Assembly: GCA_964291235.2 (NCBI GenBank)
Contig: OZ219816.1
Coordinates: 1,728,001-1,792,000 of the forward strand
Direction of reading: 5' to 3'
Length of the DNA: 64,000 nt
Source of the DNA: Vicinamibacteria bacterium
GTDB taxonomy: Bacteria; Acidobacteriota; Vicinamibacteria; Marinacidobacterales; Marinacidobacteraceae
A program made the translations under genes and the position numbers. The notes beneath the pieces are model-generated. The model was not told the DNA's origin. It made no database searches and was given only the letters and a program-made list of their open reading frames with translations. Positions within the stretch are counted from its first letter, which is position 1, and every line of letters begins with the position of its first letter. Shown one piece after another: positions 8,660-18,073 of the stretch.

Positions 8660-9970
8660 TCAGGCGGTCAGGACTCCGACAAGGCGCTCCAGAGCTTCCA
8701 CACAAAACGCGGAGGTCACGGCTTCGGAGCCGTGTCCGATCTGCCCGACGGCGCCCCATTTCAGCGTCTGGTCGCCGAACGCCAGAAACTCCGGCCAACT
8801 GCCGTCCTCGCGTTGTGAACTCAGGAGCCGCTCCACCTGGCGTTTCACGCCAATGCTCTTGAGGCTTCCGACGCCATCGAGCGCCGACACTGCCTGGGCG
8901 GTCTGAAGGATGTTGCCGAATTCCCCGTTCTCGTCGCGCAACGCCAGAATGCGGTCCGCGAGTATCGGCCGTAGTCGAGCCAGAGCAGGCCGCGCGCGAA
9001 CCATGGCGCGGACGGTCGCATAGTAGATCGCGACCGTGTCGGGATACCACTTGGATGAGCCCTCGACCTTGCCTTCGGTGATCAGAGCCTCCAGCCACCT
9101 TTGGGCGTCCCTGGTTTCGGGGCAGGCGCCAAGATAGGCGATGACATTCGCATTGACTACGGGATCCGCTTCTATCCGGAACGGCGAAACGACATCGGGT
9201 TCGTCCTCGGCCAGGACCCAGGTCAGGAAACGGCCCCGCTCATCGCGATTCGCCAGCAGTGCCGGAATGTTCCTCCCCAAGAGGATCCAGGGATGCGTCC
9301 CCAAGACCTGTGAGCAGAGGGTGGTGCTGTCGAGATCCTGGGGAAGGTGGCGGTAATACCGCCACAAACCGGGATACTCGATGGTGTTCGTAAGGTGCGC
9401 CCTGGTAGCGTCGCACATGGCCCTGGCCCGCGCTTCGTGGCAACTCTCCAGAGCCAGTACGCAAAGAGCCGAAATGAACGGCGGCCTTTCGAAGTGCCGT
9501 GGAATGTTGGGGTCGGCGACGTTGAACCGGATGCAGTGCCAAGCGCCATTTTCGTCGAGGGTGGATTCCAGAAACGCGAGACCGCGGCGGATGCTCTTCC
9601 GAGCCGATCGGGCGAGGGTTGCGGAAGTGGCGCCGCTCTTCCCGGCGCGCGGGCGCTCGGGGGTCGGCGGTCGAAGGGGCGGTGCGGGGTCGTAGAGCGT
9701 CTTCTTGAGAAACGCGAGTGATGCGGCGCCGGTCCGCGCCTCCTTTCGTTCGGACTGGCTGAGTGTGGCACGCGGCGGAAGCACCAGGTGGGTCGTGGAA
9801 TAGGTCTCTTCGTGCACGTGAATCTGGTGGCCTTCGGCCAGCTTCACGCCGAGTTCCTCTTCGATCGTGGCTTTGGGTTTCGCGAGCAGGCGTTCGCGAA
9901 AGTCGTTGTCCTCGCCGGCTCGCGATACGAGGGAGTCGGCGACGGCATTGAGTCCCTTCCTTGATGTCAC
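8660..9970 (-). CDS. NHLP-leader-like domain fused to a prenyltransferase/squalene-cyclase-repeat domain
   Basis: N-terminus RAGEDNDFRERLLAKPK...VHEE...HLVLPP mirrors precursor leaders; C-domain has LDENGAW, PQDLDST, DPVVNANV, SQREDGSW. Confidence 0.8.
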   Translation of the reverse strand: MTSRKGLNAVADSLVSRAGEDNDFRERLLAKPKATIEEELGVKLAEGHQIHVHEETYSTTHLVLPPRATLSQSERKEARTGAASLAFLKKTLYDPAPPLRPPTPERPRAGKSGATSATLARSARKSIRRGLAFLESTLDENGAWHCIRFNVADPNIPRHFERPPFISALCVLALESCHEARARAMCDATRAHLTNTIEYPGLWRYYRHLPQDLDSTTLCSQVLGTHPWILLGRNIPALLANRDERGRFLTWVLAEDEPDVVSPFRIEADPVVNANVIAYLGACPETRDAQRWLEALITEGKVEGSSKWYPDTVAIYYATVRAMVRARPALARLRPILADRILALRDENGEFGNILQTAQAVSALDGVGSLKSIGVKRQVERLLSSQREDGSWPEFLAFGDQTLKWGAVGQIGHGSEAVTSAFCVEALERLVGVLTA

Positions 9971-12906
9971 GCGATCTGCCTCCTGATCAATTCCTTGAAC
10001 ACGCCGTCGGTTTCCATGAGTTCGCTGAAGGATCCGCTCTGTACCACTTTGCCGGCCTGCAGGACATAGATGCGGTCCGCCTGTTCCAGCGTGGACAGGC
10101 GGTGGGCGATGACGAGGCGGGTGGAGGTCAGGGCGGCGAGGTTCTTCATTACCCTGGCCTGGTTTTCGTTGTCCAGCCAGTTGGTTGCCTCATCGAACAG
10201 CATGATCCGCGGACTGCCGATCACCGAGCGGGCGATCGTCACCCGCTGACTTTCGCCGCCCGACAGGACAGCCCCGCTGGTCCCCACCATGGTCATCAGG
10301 CCCATGGGCATTCCCTTGATTTCGCTTTCGACCTCGGCGGTGCGGACGGCCGTCCAGACCTCCTTGCTCGTCACTCCGTCGTGGTGGCTGACCAGGTTGT
10401 CCCACAGATCCAGGGGATGAAGCCGGACGGACTGCGGCACCGCGCCGACCTGCCGGCGCACCTGCTTCAGGTTCAAGTGCCTCAGGTCGCGCCCGTCGTA
10501 GTACACGGCGCCGGCACTCGGCCGGTCGACTCCGAGTGCGAGCCGGAACAGGGTGCTCTTGCCAGCGCCGGACTCCCCGGCGATCGCCACGAATTCGCCA
10601 GGACGGGCGCGAAGGGTGACATCGTCCAGAATCAAAGGGCCGTCGGGGTCGTAACGGAAGGAAACACGGTCGAAGAGAAGCTCGCCGCCCAGCGAGTCGA
10701 CCGGTTCTCCTTCGAGTTCGGTCTCGGGAACCGCGGCGAGCAGGGGGCGCATCTGATCGAACGCCGGGACCATGGAGGCAACGGCGCCGAAGGACTCGCC
10801 GAGCCGGGCGACTGCGGACTGGAAGGCGATGAAGACGGTGTAAACGACGAGAAAATCGCCAACCGGAACGTTCCGGTCGCCCACTGCCACGGCCAGGAGC
10901 AGTACCCCACCGGCAAGAAAGGGAAGTGCGGCGCCGAAGGCCCGCGAGTGCCCCTCGAGTGCGCCCAGTTCGAGTTCCGCGCGTTTCTGCTCGCGATAGT
11001 CCCGCGCCCAGATGGCGAAAGCCGATCCTTCGGCGTTTTCCACCCGCAGCTTGGTGATTCCGCCCACGATCTGGAACAGCCGGCCGGCTACGCGACGGGC
11101 CGCGCCGATCATCTGCCCATGAGGGGATACCTGGCGTAAACCGAGCGCCACGGTGATCAGGACCGAAGCCAGGCTGAAGATCAGGGCGACGGTCCCAAGG
11201 CCGGTGTCATAGAAGAAGATGACGGCCAACACCGGAAGCAGGAAAACGACCGACAGCAGGCTGTCGGCGACGACTCCCTGCAAGCCGTCGCGAAGACTCT
11301 GGAACGTCATTCCCGACATGGCCAGATCGCCGGCCGGACGGCGGCGGAGAACGCTGGGCGGAAGCCGCATGAGGCGGTCCCAGAAGGCGGCTTCGACCCG
11401 CGACGCCGAGCGTCCCTCGAGCCGCATCATCGCGGTGCTCTGCAGCAGGTGCAACAGTGCGCCGAGCAGGCCGAACGCGGCCACCGTCACGGCCACGGCA
11501 TAAAGCGCTGAGGTGCTTCCGCCGTCCGTCAGGTGGTGGGCAACGAATCCGAGCGCGAGGGCCGGCACCAGCTTGACCAGGCCGCCCGGAAGCCCGGCAA
11601 CCACCAGCCGCGCCAGGTCCGGGCCCGATCCATGGAGGGCCGTTCCGAGGAGCTCTGCCGGTTTCACGCTGCCGGGCGGCAAGGGCCGATAGAACATCCA
11701 GGCTTCCTCGCCCAGCGTGCGGGCGCGATCCGGCGTGATCCGGACACCGCGCTTGCTGACCGGGTCCACCTCCCGGTAGCGCCCGAAGATTCCCGGCAGG
11801 AGCGCTACGGGCCGGCCGTCCTCCGCGCGGAATGCCAGCAGCGCGTTGCTGTCGCCGTGCCACCAGTCGCCCTCGGCCTTGAACCGCACCCGCCGGGCGC
11901 GTACGCCGGACGCATCGAGCACGTCAACCAGGCCGACTCGAGCATCAGATGCACCCGAACGCGCCGGAATCCTGAAATCGATTCCTTCACGGCGGCCGAT
12001 GATCCGGAGGGCGTCCGCCAGAGCCGCGTCATCGACTCTCGCACCTCGATCGGTCGGAAGGTCGTAGATATTGAAGAGCCGCTGCCGCGCCGCCTTTGCG
12101 GCCCGGCGGCGGCTGGTGGTCCGTGCGCGTTCGAGATTGGCATCGTCAACCGTGGCGAGTCGGCGGTTGTGGCGCTCGAGGGCGAACGCGGCCGTGTGGA
12201 AGGAGGCGAGCGCCCGCGGCAGCATGCCGCGTTCCGCCAGGGTCTTTGTTGATTCGCCGGAAAGGGTGACCTTGTCGAACAGGCTGAGCCAGCTCGTTCG
12301 CGTCAGCGGTACCGGAGTCCGACTGGCGCCGCTCGTCCCGGCGAGTTCCGCCGGGTCCACGATCCCCATGAACAGGCTTGCGCCGCGCGGCGGTTCGGAT
12401 ACCCAGACCACCCCGCGCCGCACGGACAGCGTACAAGGGGCCAGGGTCTGGGTGACACCGGGTTCGGCCAGGGCGGTTGCACGCGGAAGGCGGCTTGCAA
12501 AACGCGAAAGCGTGTCCGTTATGGCGGTCAACCAGGTATCCGTCTGTTCCCCCAGTTCCGACGGATCGACCTCTGACAGCAATGACGCCGACAGGCGCTT
12601 CAGAATGGTGCCGGGCAATCCCTTGGCAATCAGGCTGAGCGTCGCGCCTTCGTCGCTCTCCCGTTCGTCCGGTGCGACACCCGGAAGCAGACAGCCCGAT
12701 TCGCGCCGCAACAGGTGCTGCGGCGCCGCTCGTTCCACCCGGTCCTTGAGTTCGACCAGAAACAGATTGACCGAACCCCGATCAATGAACCAGACAGTGT
12801 CTGGGTCATCGAGTTCCACCGGCAGGTTGCCGGCGCAGGGCACAGACGTCCCGGAGCGGGCCGCGAGTTCGGCCAACGATGTGTATCGCGGTCTCGTGTC
12901 GTGCAT
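9967..12906 (-). CDS. NHLP export ABC transporter permease/ATPase
   Basis: Walker A GESGAGKST, LSGGESQR, MLFDEAT; TM block; TGATG coupling at 12906. Confidence 0.92.
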   Translation of the reverse strand: MHDTRPRYTSLAELAARSGTSVPCAGNLPVELDDPDTVWFIDRGSVNLFLVELKDRVERAAPQHLLRRESGCLLPGVAPDERESDEGATLSLIAKGLPGTILKRLSASLLSEVDPSELGEQTDTWLTAITDTLSRFASRLPRATALAEPGVTQTLAPCTLSVRRGVVWVSEPPRGASLFMGIVDPAELAGTSGASRTPVPLTRTSWLSLFDKVTLSGESTKTLAERGMLPRALASFHTAAFALERHNRRLATVDDANLERARTTSRRRAAKAARQRLFNIYDLPTDRGARVDDAALADALRIIGRREGIDFRIPARSGASDARVGLVDVLDASGVRARRVRFKAEGDWWHGDSNALLAFRAEDGRPVALLPGIFGRYREVDPVSKRGVRITPDRARTLGEEAWMFYRPLPPGSVKPAELLGTALHGSGPDLARLVVAGLPGGLVKLVPALALGFVAHHLTDGGSTSALYAVAVTVAAFGLLGALLHLLQSTAMMRLEGRSASRVEAAFWDRLMRLPPSVLRRRPAGDLAMSGMTFQSLRDGLQGVVADSLLSVVFLLPVLAVIFFYDTGLGTVALIFSLASVLITVALGLRQVSPHGQMIGAARRVAGRLFQIVGGITKLRVENAEGSAFAIWARDYREQKRAELELGALEGHSRAFGAALPFLAGGVLLLAVAVGDRNVPVGDFLVVYTVFIAFQSAVARLGESFGAVASMVPAFDQMRPLLAAVPETELEGEPVDSLGGELLFDRVSFRYDPDGPLILDDVTLRARPGEFVAIAGESGAGKSTLFRLALGVDRPSAGAVYYDGRDLRHLNLKQVRRQVGAVPQSVRLHPLDLWDNLVSHHDGVTSKEVWTAVRTAEVESEIKGMPMGLMTMVGTSGAVLSGGESQRVTIARSVIGSPRIMLFDEATNWLDNENQARVMKNLAALTSTRLVIAHRLSTLEQADRIYVLQAGKVVQSGSFSELMETDGVFKELIRRQIA

Positions 12907-15116
12907 CAGCCTGACCTGATCAGCTTGTAATACGACCCATCCCGGTCCGCCATCAGTTCGTCGTGCGTGCCGCGTTGCGCTTCCGCGCCCTTGTTGAGCA
13001 CGATGATCTCGTCGCAGTCCCGCACGGTGCTGAGCCGGTGCGCCACGATCAGGCAAGTGACGCCGCGTCGCCGCAAGGCGTCGTCCACGTATTCCTCGGT
13101 TGCTGCATCGAGGGCGCTCGTTGCCTCGTCCAGAACGAGCACTGTCGGATGGCCCACGAGCGCGCGGGCGATTTCGAGTCTTTGGCGCTGGCCGCCGCTG
13201 AAGTTCGCCCCGCCTTCTTCGACGATGGTCGAGTACCCGTCCGGTCTCACCAGGATTTCGTCATGGATCCATGCATCCCGGGTGGCGGCGAAGATGGCTT
13301 CATCCGGAATCGCCGGGTTCCAAAGGGTGATGTTGTCGCGTAGAGATGCGGAAAACAGCACGACATCCTGATCCACCATGGAGATGGACTGCTGGAGAAC
13401 TTCCTCGGGTATCTCGTCCCGCAAGTGGCCGTCGAACAGGATCTCGCCCGACCAGGGCTGATAGACACCGGAAACGAGCCGAGCCAGCGTCGACTTGCCA
13501 GAACCGCTGGGACCGACCACGGCAACCCGCTGGCCGGGCTTGAGTACCAGGTTGAAGTTCTCGATCAGCGGCGCCCGACTCTTGTTGAACCCGAAGGTGA
13601 TGTTCCGCAGTTCGAGGCGGCCGGTAAGCTGGAGCCGGCCGTTGAATGTGGGGATGGATTCTGATTCCGGGCTCCGCCGGCTGAAAACGGGATCTTCGGT
13701 GGCGGCGGATATGTCGTCCAGGCGTTGCAGATCCGTTTCGAGCGCCTGGCGTTTGTCGGCGAACTCCAGGAAACGGTCCACCGGCGCCAGGAACATTTCC
13801 GCGAGGACGAAGAACGCCACCAGCGTTCCCAGGGTCATTTCGCCATTCAGGACCAGGCTCCCTCCGATACCCAGGACCGCCGCACTGCGGACTGCGGCGA
13901 TGAGGCCCGGAAGCGCGGAACTAATGGAGCCCAGTTCGGAATAGAGCTGACGCGCATGGAGTTCGCGCGCCTGCTGGCCGCTCCAGCGCGAAAAGAACCG
14001 GTCATCCGATCCCGTCATGCGCAGGTTTTCCGCATGACTCAACATCTGCATGCCGACGCCGATCAGCAGCCCCTGTTCGCGCCGCATCGCCCGGCTGCGA
14101 ACGGCCTGGGGTCCGTTGACCAGGTGGGCCACCGCTCCGTGGAGAACCGCCAGGAGCACCACGACCAGGGCAAGCAGGGCATCGTAGGCCACCATGGCGA
14201 CGAGCAACACCACGCTCATCGCCATGTCGATGATGAGCACGAGGAACTGGTCGGTCAGGTTCTTCGCGATCCTGTCGATAGACGAGACCCGATCGGTCAG
14301 GTCGCCCACCAGCCGGTGCGCGAAGAACTCGACCGGCAACCGCAGCAGGCGTGTCACGCCCCGGTTGTATCCGGTCACCGAGATCCGGACTGCGAGCCGT
14401 TTCAGGAATCGGTGCTTGAGCAACGACAGTATGTAGACCAGGACGCCGCCGCCCAACAGGGCCACCACCACACCGATCCACGGCCCATGGTTCTCCAGGA
14501 CGTCGTCCACGAAAACACCGATCGTCGCCGGCACGATGAGCGCCAGCAAGGTCAACATGAGCGCGCAGGCGGTTACTCCGGCAAGCACGCTCCATGATCC
14601 GGCGAGCAACGAGCCCAACTCCGCGAAGAGGCTGCGCTGTTCGCCTCCCGTGCTGAAGTCGGCGCCACGTTTGAATCGCAGGGCGATTCCACTGAAGCCC
14701 TCGCAAAACTCCTCGACGGAAAGCTTGCGTCGCCCCGTGGAGGGGTCGTTGAGGTAGTAACTGGTGCCATCGAATCCTTCGAGGACCACGAAATGGCTGA
14801 ATTGCCAGAACAGAATCAGCGGTAGTTCCAGGTGTCTCAGTTGATCGGCGCGTACGCTGAGTCCTTTGCACTCGAGACCGTAGTGTCTGGAGGCGCGCCG
14901 GATGCTGGCGGCACTACTCCCGTCCCGACTCACCTCGCATCTTTCGCGCAGTTCGGTGAGTGGCACAAAGCGCCCGAAGTAGGCCAGGATGCTGCCGAGG
15001 CATGCGGCGCCACATTCCGACGCGTGCATCTGCAACACAATGGGCGTGGTGATCCTTCGCTTCGAGGACTCCGATGCGGCCCTGCCGCGAGTCCTTCCGG
15101 AAGCGCGTGGCGCCAT
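12906..15116 (-). CDS. NHLP export ABC transporter with C39 peptidase domain
   Basis: QMHASECGAACL, SHFVV, LNDP triad; GPSGSGKST, FSGGQRQR. Confidence 0.94.
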   Translation of the reverse strand: MAPRASGRTRGRAASESSKRRITTPIVLQMHASECGAACLGSILAYFGRFVPLTELRERCEVSRDGSSAASIRRASRHYGLECKGLSVRADQLRHLELPLILFWQFSHFVVLEGFDGTSYYLNDPSTGRRKLSVEEFCEGFSGIALRFKRGADFSTGGEQRSLFAELGSLLAGSWSVLAGVTACALMLTLLALIVPATIGVFVDDVLENHGPWIGVVVALLGGGVLVYILSLLKHRFLKRLAVRISVTGYNRGVTRLLRLPVEFFAHRLVGDLTDRVSSIDRIAKNLTDQFLVLIIDMAMSVVLLVAMVAYDALLALVVVLLAVLHGAVAHLVNGPQAVRSRAMRREQGLLIGVGMQMLSHAENLRMTGSDDRFFSRWSGQQARELHARQLYSELGSISSALPGLIAAVRSAAVLGIGGSLVLNGEMTLGTLVAFFVLAEMFLAPVDRFLEFADKRQALETDLQRLDDISAATEDPVFSRRSPESESIPTFNGRLQLTGRLELRNITFGFNKSRAPLIENFNLVLKPGQRVAVVGPSGSGKSTLARLVSGVYQPWSGEILFDGHLRDEIPEEVLQQSISMVDQDVVLFSASLRDNITLWNPAIPDEAIFAATRDAWIHDEILVRPDGYSTIVEEGGANFSGGQRQRLEIARALVGHPTVLVLDEATSALDAATEEYVDDALRRRGVTCLIVAHRLSTVRDCDEIIVLNKGAEAQRGTHDELMADRDGSYYKLIRSG

Positions 15117-15117
15117 C

Positions 15118-15660
15118 CTAGGATCGCCCCATCCGCAAGAGTTGGACGGGAGACTGCCTGCCCAGTTCGATGACAATCCGGCACTCCCGATCCGTCAGGG
15201 AAGCAAGGTCAACGCTTTCTTCGAGCGCGATGTCGACGCGATACACCGCGACTGCGGATCCGAACGCCGCCAGTCCCTCGGAAAGGGGTACGGCGGAAAT
15301 CGCCGTCACCTTTCCGTCCAGCGTATCTGCCCCATCTTCGGTGGTCAGCACCAGGACCGCCGGCATCCCGGACCTGATCTGCGGCGCGAGGTCGCGCTCG
15401 ACCTGGACAAGCGCCTGGACGGACGTGCTGCCCTCGGTCAGGATTCCGCCAGGGTCGGCCAGTACTCCGTTCACCGCCCGGCGGTGGGCCACGTCACCAA
15501 ATAAGAGCCACCCGGTGAGGGCGAACAACAAAAGACCAATCGCGGCGACGAGCAGCCGCTCCCGGGGTGTCGAAATCGTCAACAACCGGTCGAGTTGTTC
15601 GCGTTCTTCCTTTGCCTCCGCAACAGTGTTGTGAAATGAGCCAAATGGATTGTTGAACAC
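15118..15660 (-). CDS. Short (internally deleted) HlyD-like NHLP secretion protein
   Basis: EQLDRLLTISTPRERLL + one TM; aligns to 36210..37097 at both ends but lacks its centre; GTG start 15660 after GGAGG. Confidence 0.8.
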   Translation of the reverse strand: MFNNPFGSFHNTVAEAKEEREQLDRLLTISTPRERLLVAAIGLLLFALTGWLLFGDVAHRRAVNGVLADPGGILTEGSTSVQALVQVERDLAPQIRSGMPAVLVLTTEDGADTLDGKVTAISAVPLSEGLAAFGSAVAVYRVDIALEESVDLASLTDRECRIVIELGRQSPVQLLRMGRS

Positions 15661-15700
15661 GACCGTGCATTGCCTCCGTTGAAGTGTTCCAGGACCGGCA

Positions 15701-16975
15701 CTAACGCCCAAGGCCCTCGGACATCTGGGCGTAACTGGTGAGCGGGACCGCGCACATCCGACTCAAGTCTGCCTGTTCGACGACGGGCTGGTTCAGTAGT
15801 TCGATCATTGCGTCGAACTTGTGGAGTGCGCCGCAACCAGTCACGTCGGGGTCCGCTGCCTTGCGGTATTGCGGCCATGCGGCGTCGCGGGCGTGGCGCC
15901 AGAACGCGCTGTCGTACCCGGAGCCACAGGAATAGTGCCAACCGACGAACAGGCCGTAGCAGAGCATGTTGCTGACAAGAAACCGATTGACGACAAGCGC
16001 ATCTTGCTCAAGGTTCTCTACCGGGCGGTTGAGACGAATCTGGAGCACCATCCCGATTTGAAACTGGGCGGATACGATTGCCGTTGCTTCGAGCGGCTCC
16101 ATGAACGCCGCTGCGTTGCCTATCCGGGCTACCGCGCCATCGTACATCTTGCGGTGGACAAAATTGGGAAACGAAATGACGGCGCGCTGCTCGAACTCCG
16201 TTACGCCGTCGGTCTGGAGGAACGCGTCGAAATCCGACTCGACGTCAGCGAGGCCGGATACCTCGCGGTTGAAGATGTACCCGTAGGACGTGTGTACGGT
16301 AAGAGGAATAACGAAGATCCAACCGTGTGGACGCGCAACCGCACGGGTATAGGTGTGCTCCAGAACGGGCACATCCTGCTCGGCGTTGACAACTGCCGGA
16401 CCGCGGCGGATAACGGCGGTATCGGTGGGGATGAAAGGAATGTGGATGTGCCGGTCGGGATCGAGTTCCCCAGGAAACCCGCGGGCATCGAAGACCAGGT
16501 CGTAACGTTCAGGCGCCCGATCCTCGAATTCCACGTGCGCCCCGCCGTCAACGCTGGAGATGTTGAGCACTTTCGCGTCGATGTGGCGTGCGCGCGTGTT
16601 TTCCTGCAGCAGCTCCGACATGACGTCGGCGGATAGATGGTAGGCGTAGGACACCTGTTGCGGGGTGAAGTGGTGGATGAAATCCCGACCGCGCCGACCC
16701 CATCCCTCGAATGCAACACCGTACTTGCGAGTACCTTTCAGACGTATCTGGACGGTCTCCTGGGGCAGATCCGTCAATTGCTGCAGATGCTGAACGAGGC
16801 TCGGCCAACTGCCTTCACCCACTCCGATGACCGGGATGCGCGAGTCATAGATGTGGTGTAGCTCGTGGTCTTTGTCGGGGTGGAGACGCGTTACGGTTGC
16901 GGCCGCCAAAGACCCTGCGGTTCCTCGCCCGACGACCGCGATCTTCCGGAGAGATTCGCTGCCTGCTTGTACCAC
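15701..16975 (-). CDS. srpI: Flavin-dependent tryptophan (peptidyl) halogenase
   Basis: VVGRGTAG, GVGEGS, TRKYG (catalytic Lys), GWIFVIP, FMEPLEAT; near a Trp-terminated precursor. Confidence 0.88.
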   Translation of the reverse strand: MVQAGSESLRKIAVVGRGTAGSLAAATVTRLHPDKDHELHHIYDSRIPVIGVGEGSWPSLVQHLQQLTDLPQETVQIRLKGTRKYGVAFEGWGRRGRDFIHHFTPQQVSYAYHLSADVMSELLQENTRARHIDAKVLNISSVDGGAHVEFEDRAPERYDLVFDARGFPGELDPDRHIHIPFIPTDTAVIRRGPAVVNAEQDVPVLEHTYTRAVARPHGWIFVIPLTVHTSYGYIFNREVSGLADVESDFDAFLQTDGVTEFEQRAVISFPNFVHRKMYDGAVARIGNAAAFMEPLEATAIVSAQFQIGMVLQIRLNRPVENLEQDALVVNRFLVSNMLCYGLFVGWHYSCGSGYDSAFWRHARDAAWPQYRKAADPDVTGCGALHKFDAMIELLNQPVVEQADLSRMCAVPLTSYAQMSEGLGR

Positions 16976-17124
16976 CCTATGTGACTTCCACAGATACCGG
17001 CCGATTATCCCTACTCCCAGGCTGGAACCCGCTCTTCCCGCGGGTCGCGGCGGCCGGGGGAGCCAGGCAACGCCCAGTCCGTCTGCCTCTCCATCCCTCC
17101 GCTTCCGATAGCGAATGCTGTATA

Positions 17125-17340
17125 TCGAGCACCAGAACCTAGGTTTACCTGACTGAGGAACAGCGCCGGCGGATTGACACCCTGACGGAGGCGGAGGGAA
17201 TCACCTTGGCCGAGGTCGTCCGCGGAGCGCTTGACGACTACTTCAAGCGGCAGTCCGCCGACGTGGAGGCGGCGCTTTCCGCGACCTTCGGAGCGGCGCC
17301 GGATGCATCGGTGCCCGGTCGGGAGGAGTGCGATCGTGGC
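17125..17340 (+). pseudogene. vapB: Decayed CopG/RHH antitoxin
   Basis: STRT*VYLTEEQRRRIDTLTEAEGITLAEVVRGALDDY...; TAG at 17140-17142; no stop at the expected toxin overlap. Confidence 0.75.
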
Positions 17341-17480
17341 GGACGTGCTGGTGGACACCGACGTCTTCCTCGATCACCTGCGCGGAGCCCGGCCACTGCG
17401 GACGGAGGGCCGCCGGTTGCACTACTCCGTCATCACTCGCCCTGAGCTGTTCTCTGGAACTCGCGGGGTTCCGGAGGCTG
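17336..17480 (+). pseudogene. vapC: N-terminal half of a split vapC
   Basis: GTG start, MADVLVDTDVFLDHLRG...YSVITRPELFSG, then PIN similarity is lost. Confidence 0.8.
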
Positions 17481-17532
17481 AGGCCTTACCCAGCACTCGG
17501 ACAGAAGAAGTCCGCAAGAACAGCGACCCTAA

Positions 17533-17556
17533 GACCCCCGGTCAGAAGCCGGGGTC
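17533..17556. terminator. Hairpin downstream of precursor 1
   Basis: GACCCCCGG-TCAGAAG-CCGGGGTC inverted repeat; no long U tract. Confidence 0.45.
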
Positions 17557-17625
17557 ATTCCAAGCGCTGTGAGTGCGGTTCGGATCGCTCCGCATCTTCC
17601 CCGGCCAGTCGCCAGCTACCGAGGT

Positions 17626-17877
17626 TTACCAGCAGCAGCAAAGGCCAGCCGAAATCGCTTCGAGTTGCTCCTCAGTGATGTTCGGGTCCGGCGGCAACGC
17701 GAGATGCACCGTCTGCATGTCGCTCTCGTGGACCTTGATGGTCATCGAATCGGGAATCGAAATGCCCAATTCCCCACTAATCGCGGCCTTTGGGTCAGCG
17801 AGCAGTTGACGCCTGAAGTTCGCGTCCACCGCAGATTTCCCAACGACATGCTGCAACATCTCATTGCCGTTTCTCAT
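17626..17877 (-). CDS. srpE: NHLP-leader RiPP precursor 1, core LCCCW
   Basis: RBS AAGGAGG; leader DANFRRQLLADPKAAI...VHES...HLALPP...EEQLEAISAG; core LCCCW*. Confidence 0.95.
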   Translation of the reverse strand: MRNGNEMLQHVVGKSAVDANFRRQLLADPKAAISGELGISIPDSMTIKVHESDMQTVHLALPPDPNITEEQLEAISAGLCCCW

Positions 17878-17927
17878 GGCAATTCCTCCTTGGTGATGGC
17901 TGGCTACCCGGCCAGCAATGCCACAGG

Positions 17928-17956
17928 ACTGTAACGTGGACATTGGGCAGGGTCAA
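17928..17956 (-). promoter_or_regulatory. Sigma70-like promoter of precursor 1
   Basis: TTGACC (17956-17951)-N17-TACAGT (17933-17928). Confidence 0.7.
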
Positions 17957-17973
17957 GTCATTGGGGTCCGAGA

Positions 17974-18005
17974 TGTTGCGGTGTTGCGGTGTTTTGGTGT
18001 TGCGG
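17974..18005. repeat. 4 x 8-bp tandem repeat
   Basis: TGTTGCGG TGTTGCGG TGTTTTGG TGTTGCGG. Confidence 0.85.
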
Positions 18006-18073
18006 TACTGGGGATTGGACCTTCCCCGGCTCCGGGCGAGCGGTGGCGCGCCTCGGAAATCGCGCGATGGCCG

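Larger units (their letters stand above)
5193..17877 (-). other. RiPP cluster 1: srp-like proteusin/azoline cluster (core LCCCW)
   Basis: NHLP precursor, flavin halogenase, NHLP export triad, E1-YcaO and two accessory enzymes; tightly packed or overlapping genes 16975 to 5193. Confidence 0.92.

Noticed and set aside
8658-9098. N-terminal extension of the YcaO ORF
   Set aside because: Overlaps the upstream gene; the paralog supports a start at 8657.
8660-9970. A third ordinary precursor peptide
   Set aside because: No short Cys core or stop after the leader; the frame continues into an enzyme-like domain.
5153-17480. Programmed phase-variable inversion switch
   Set aside because: Only a 7-bp repeat, no invertase nearby, and the TA halves carry further decay; a one-off event is more likely.
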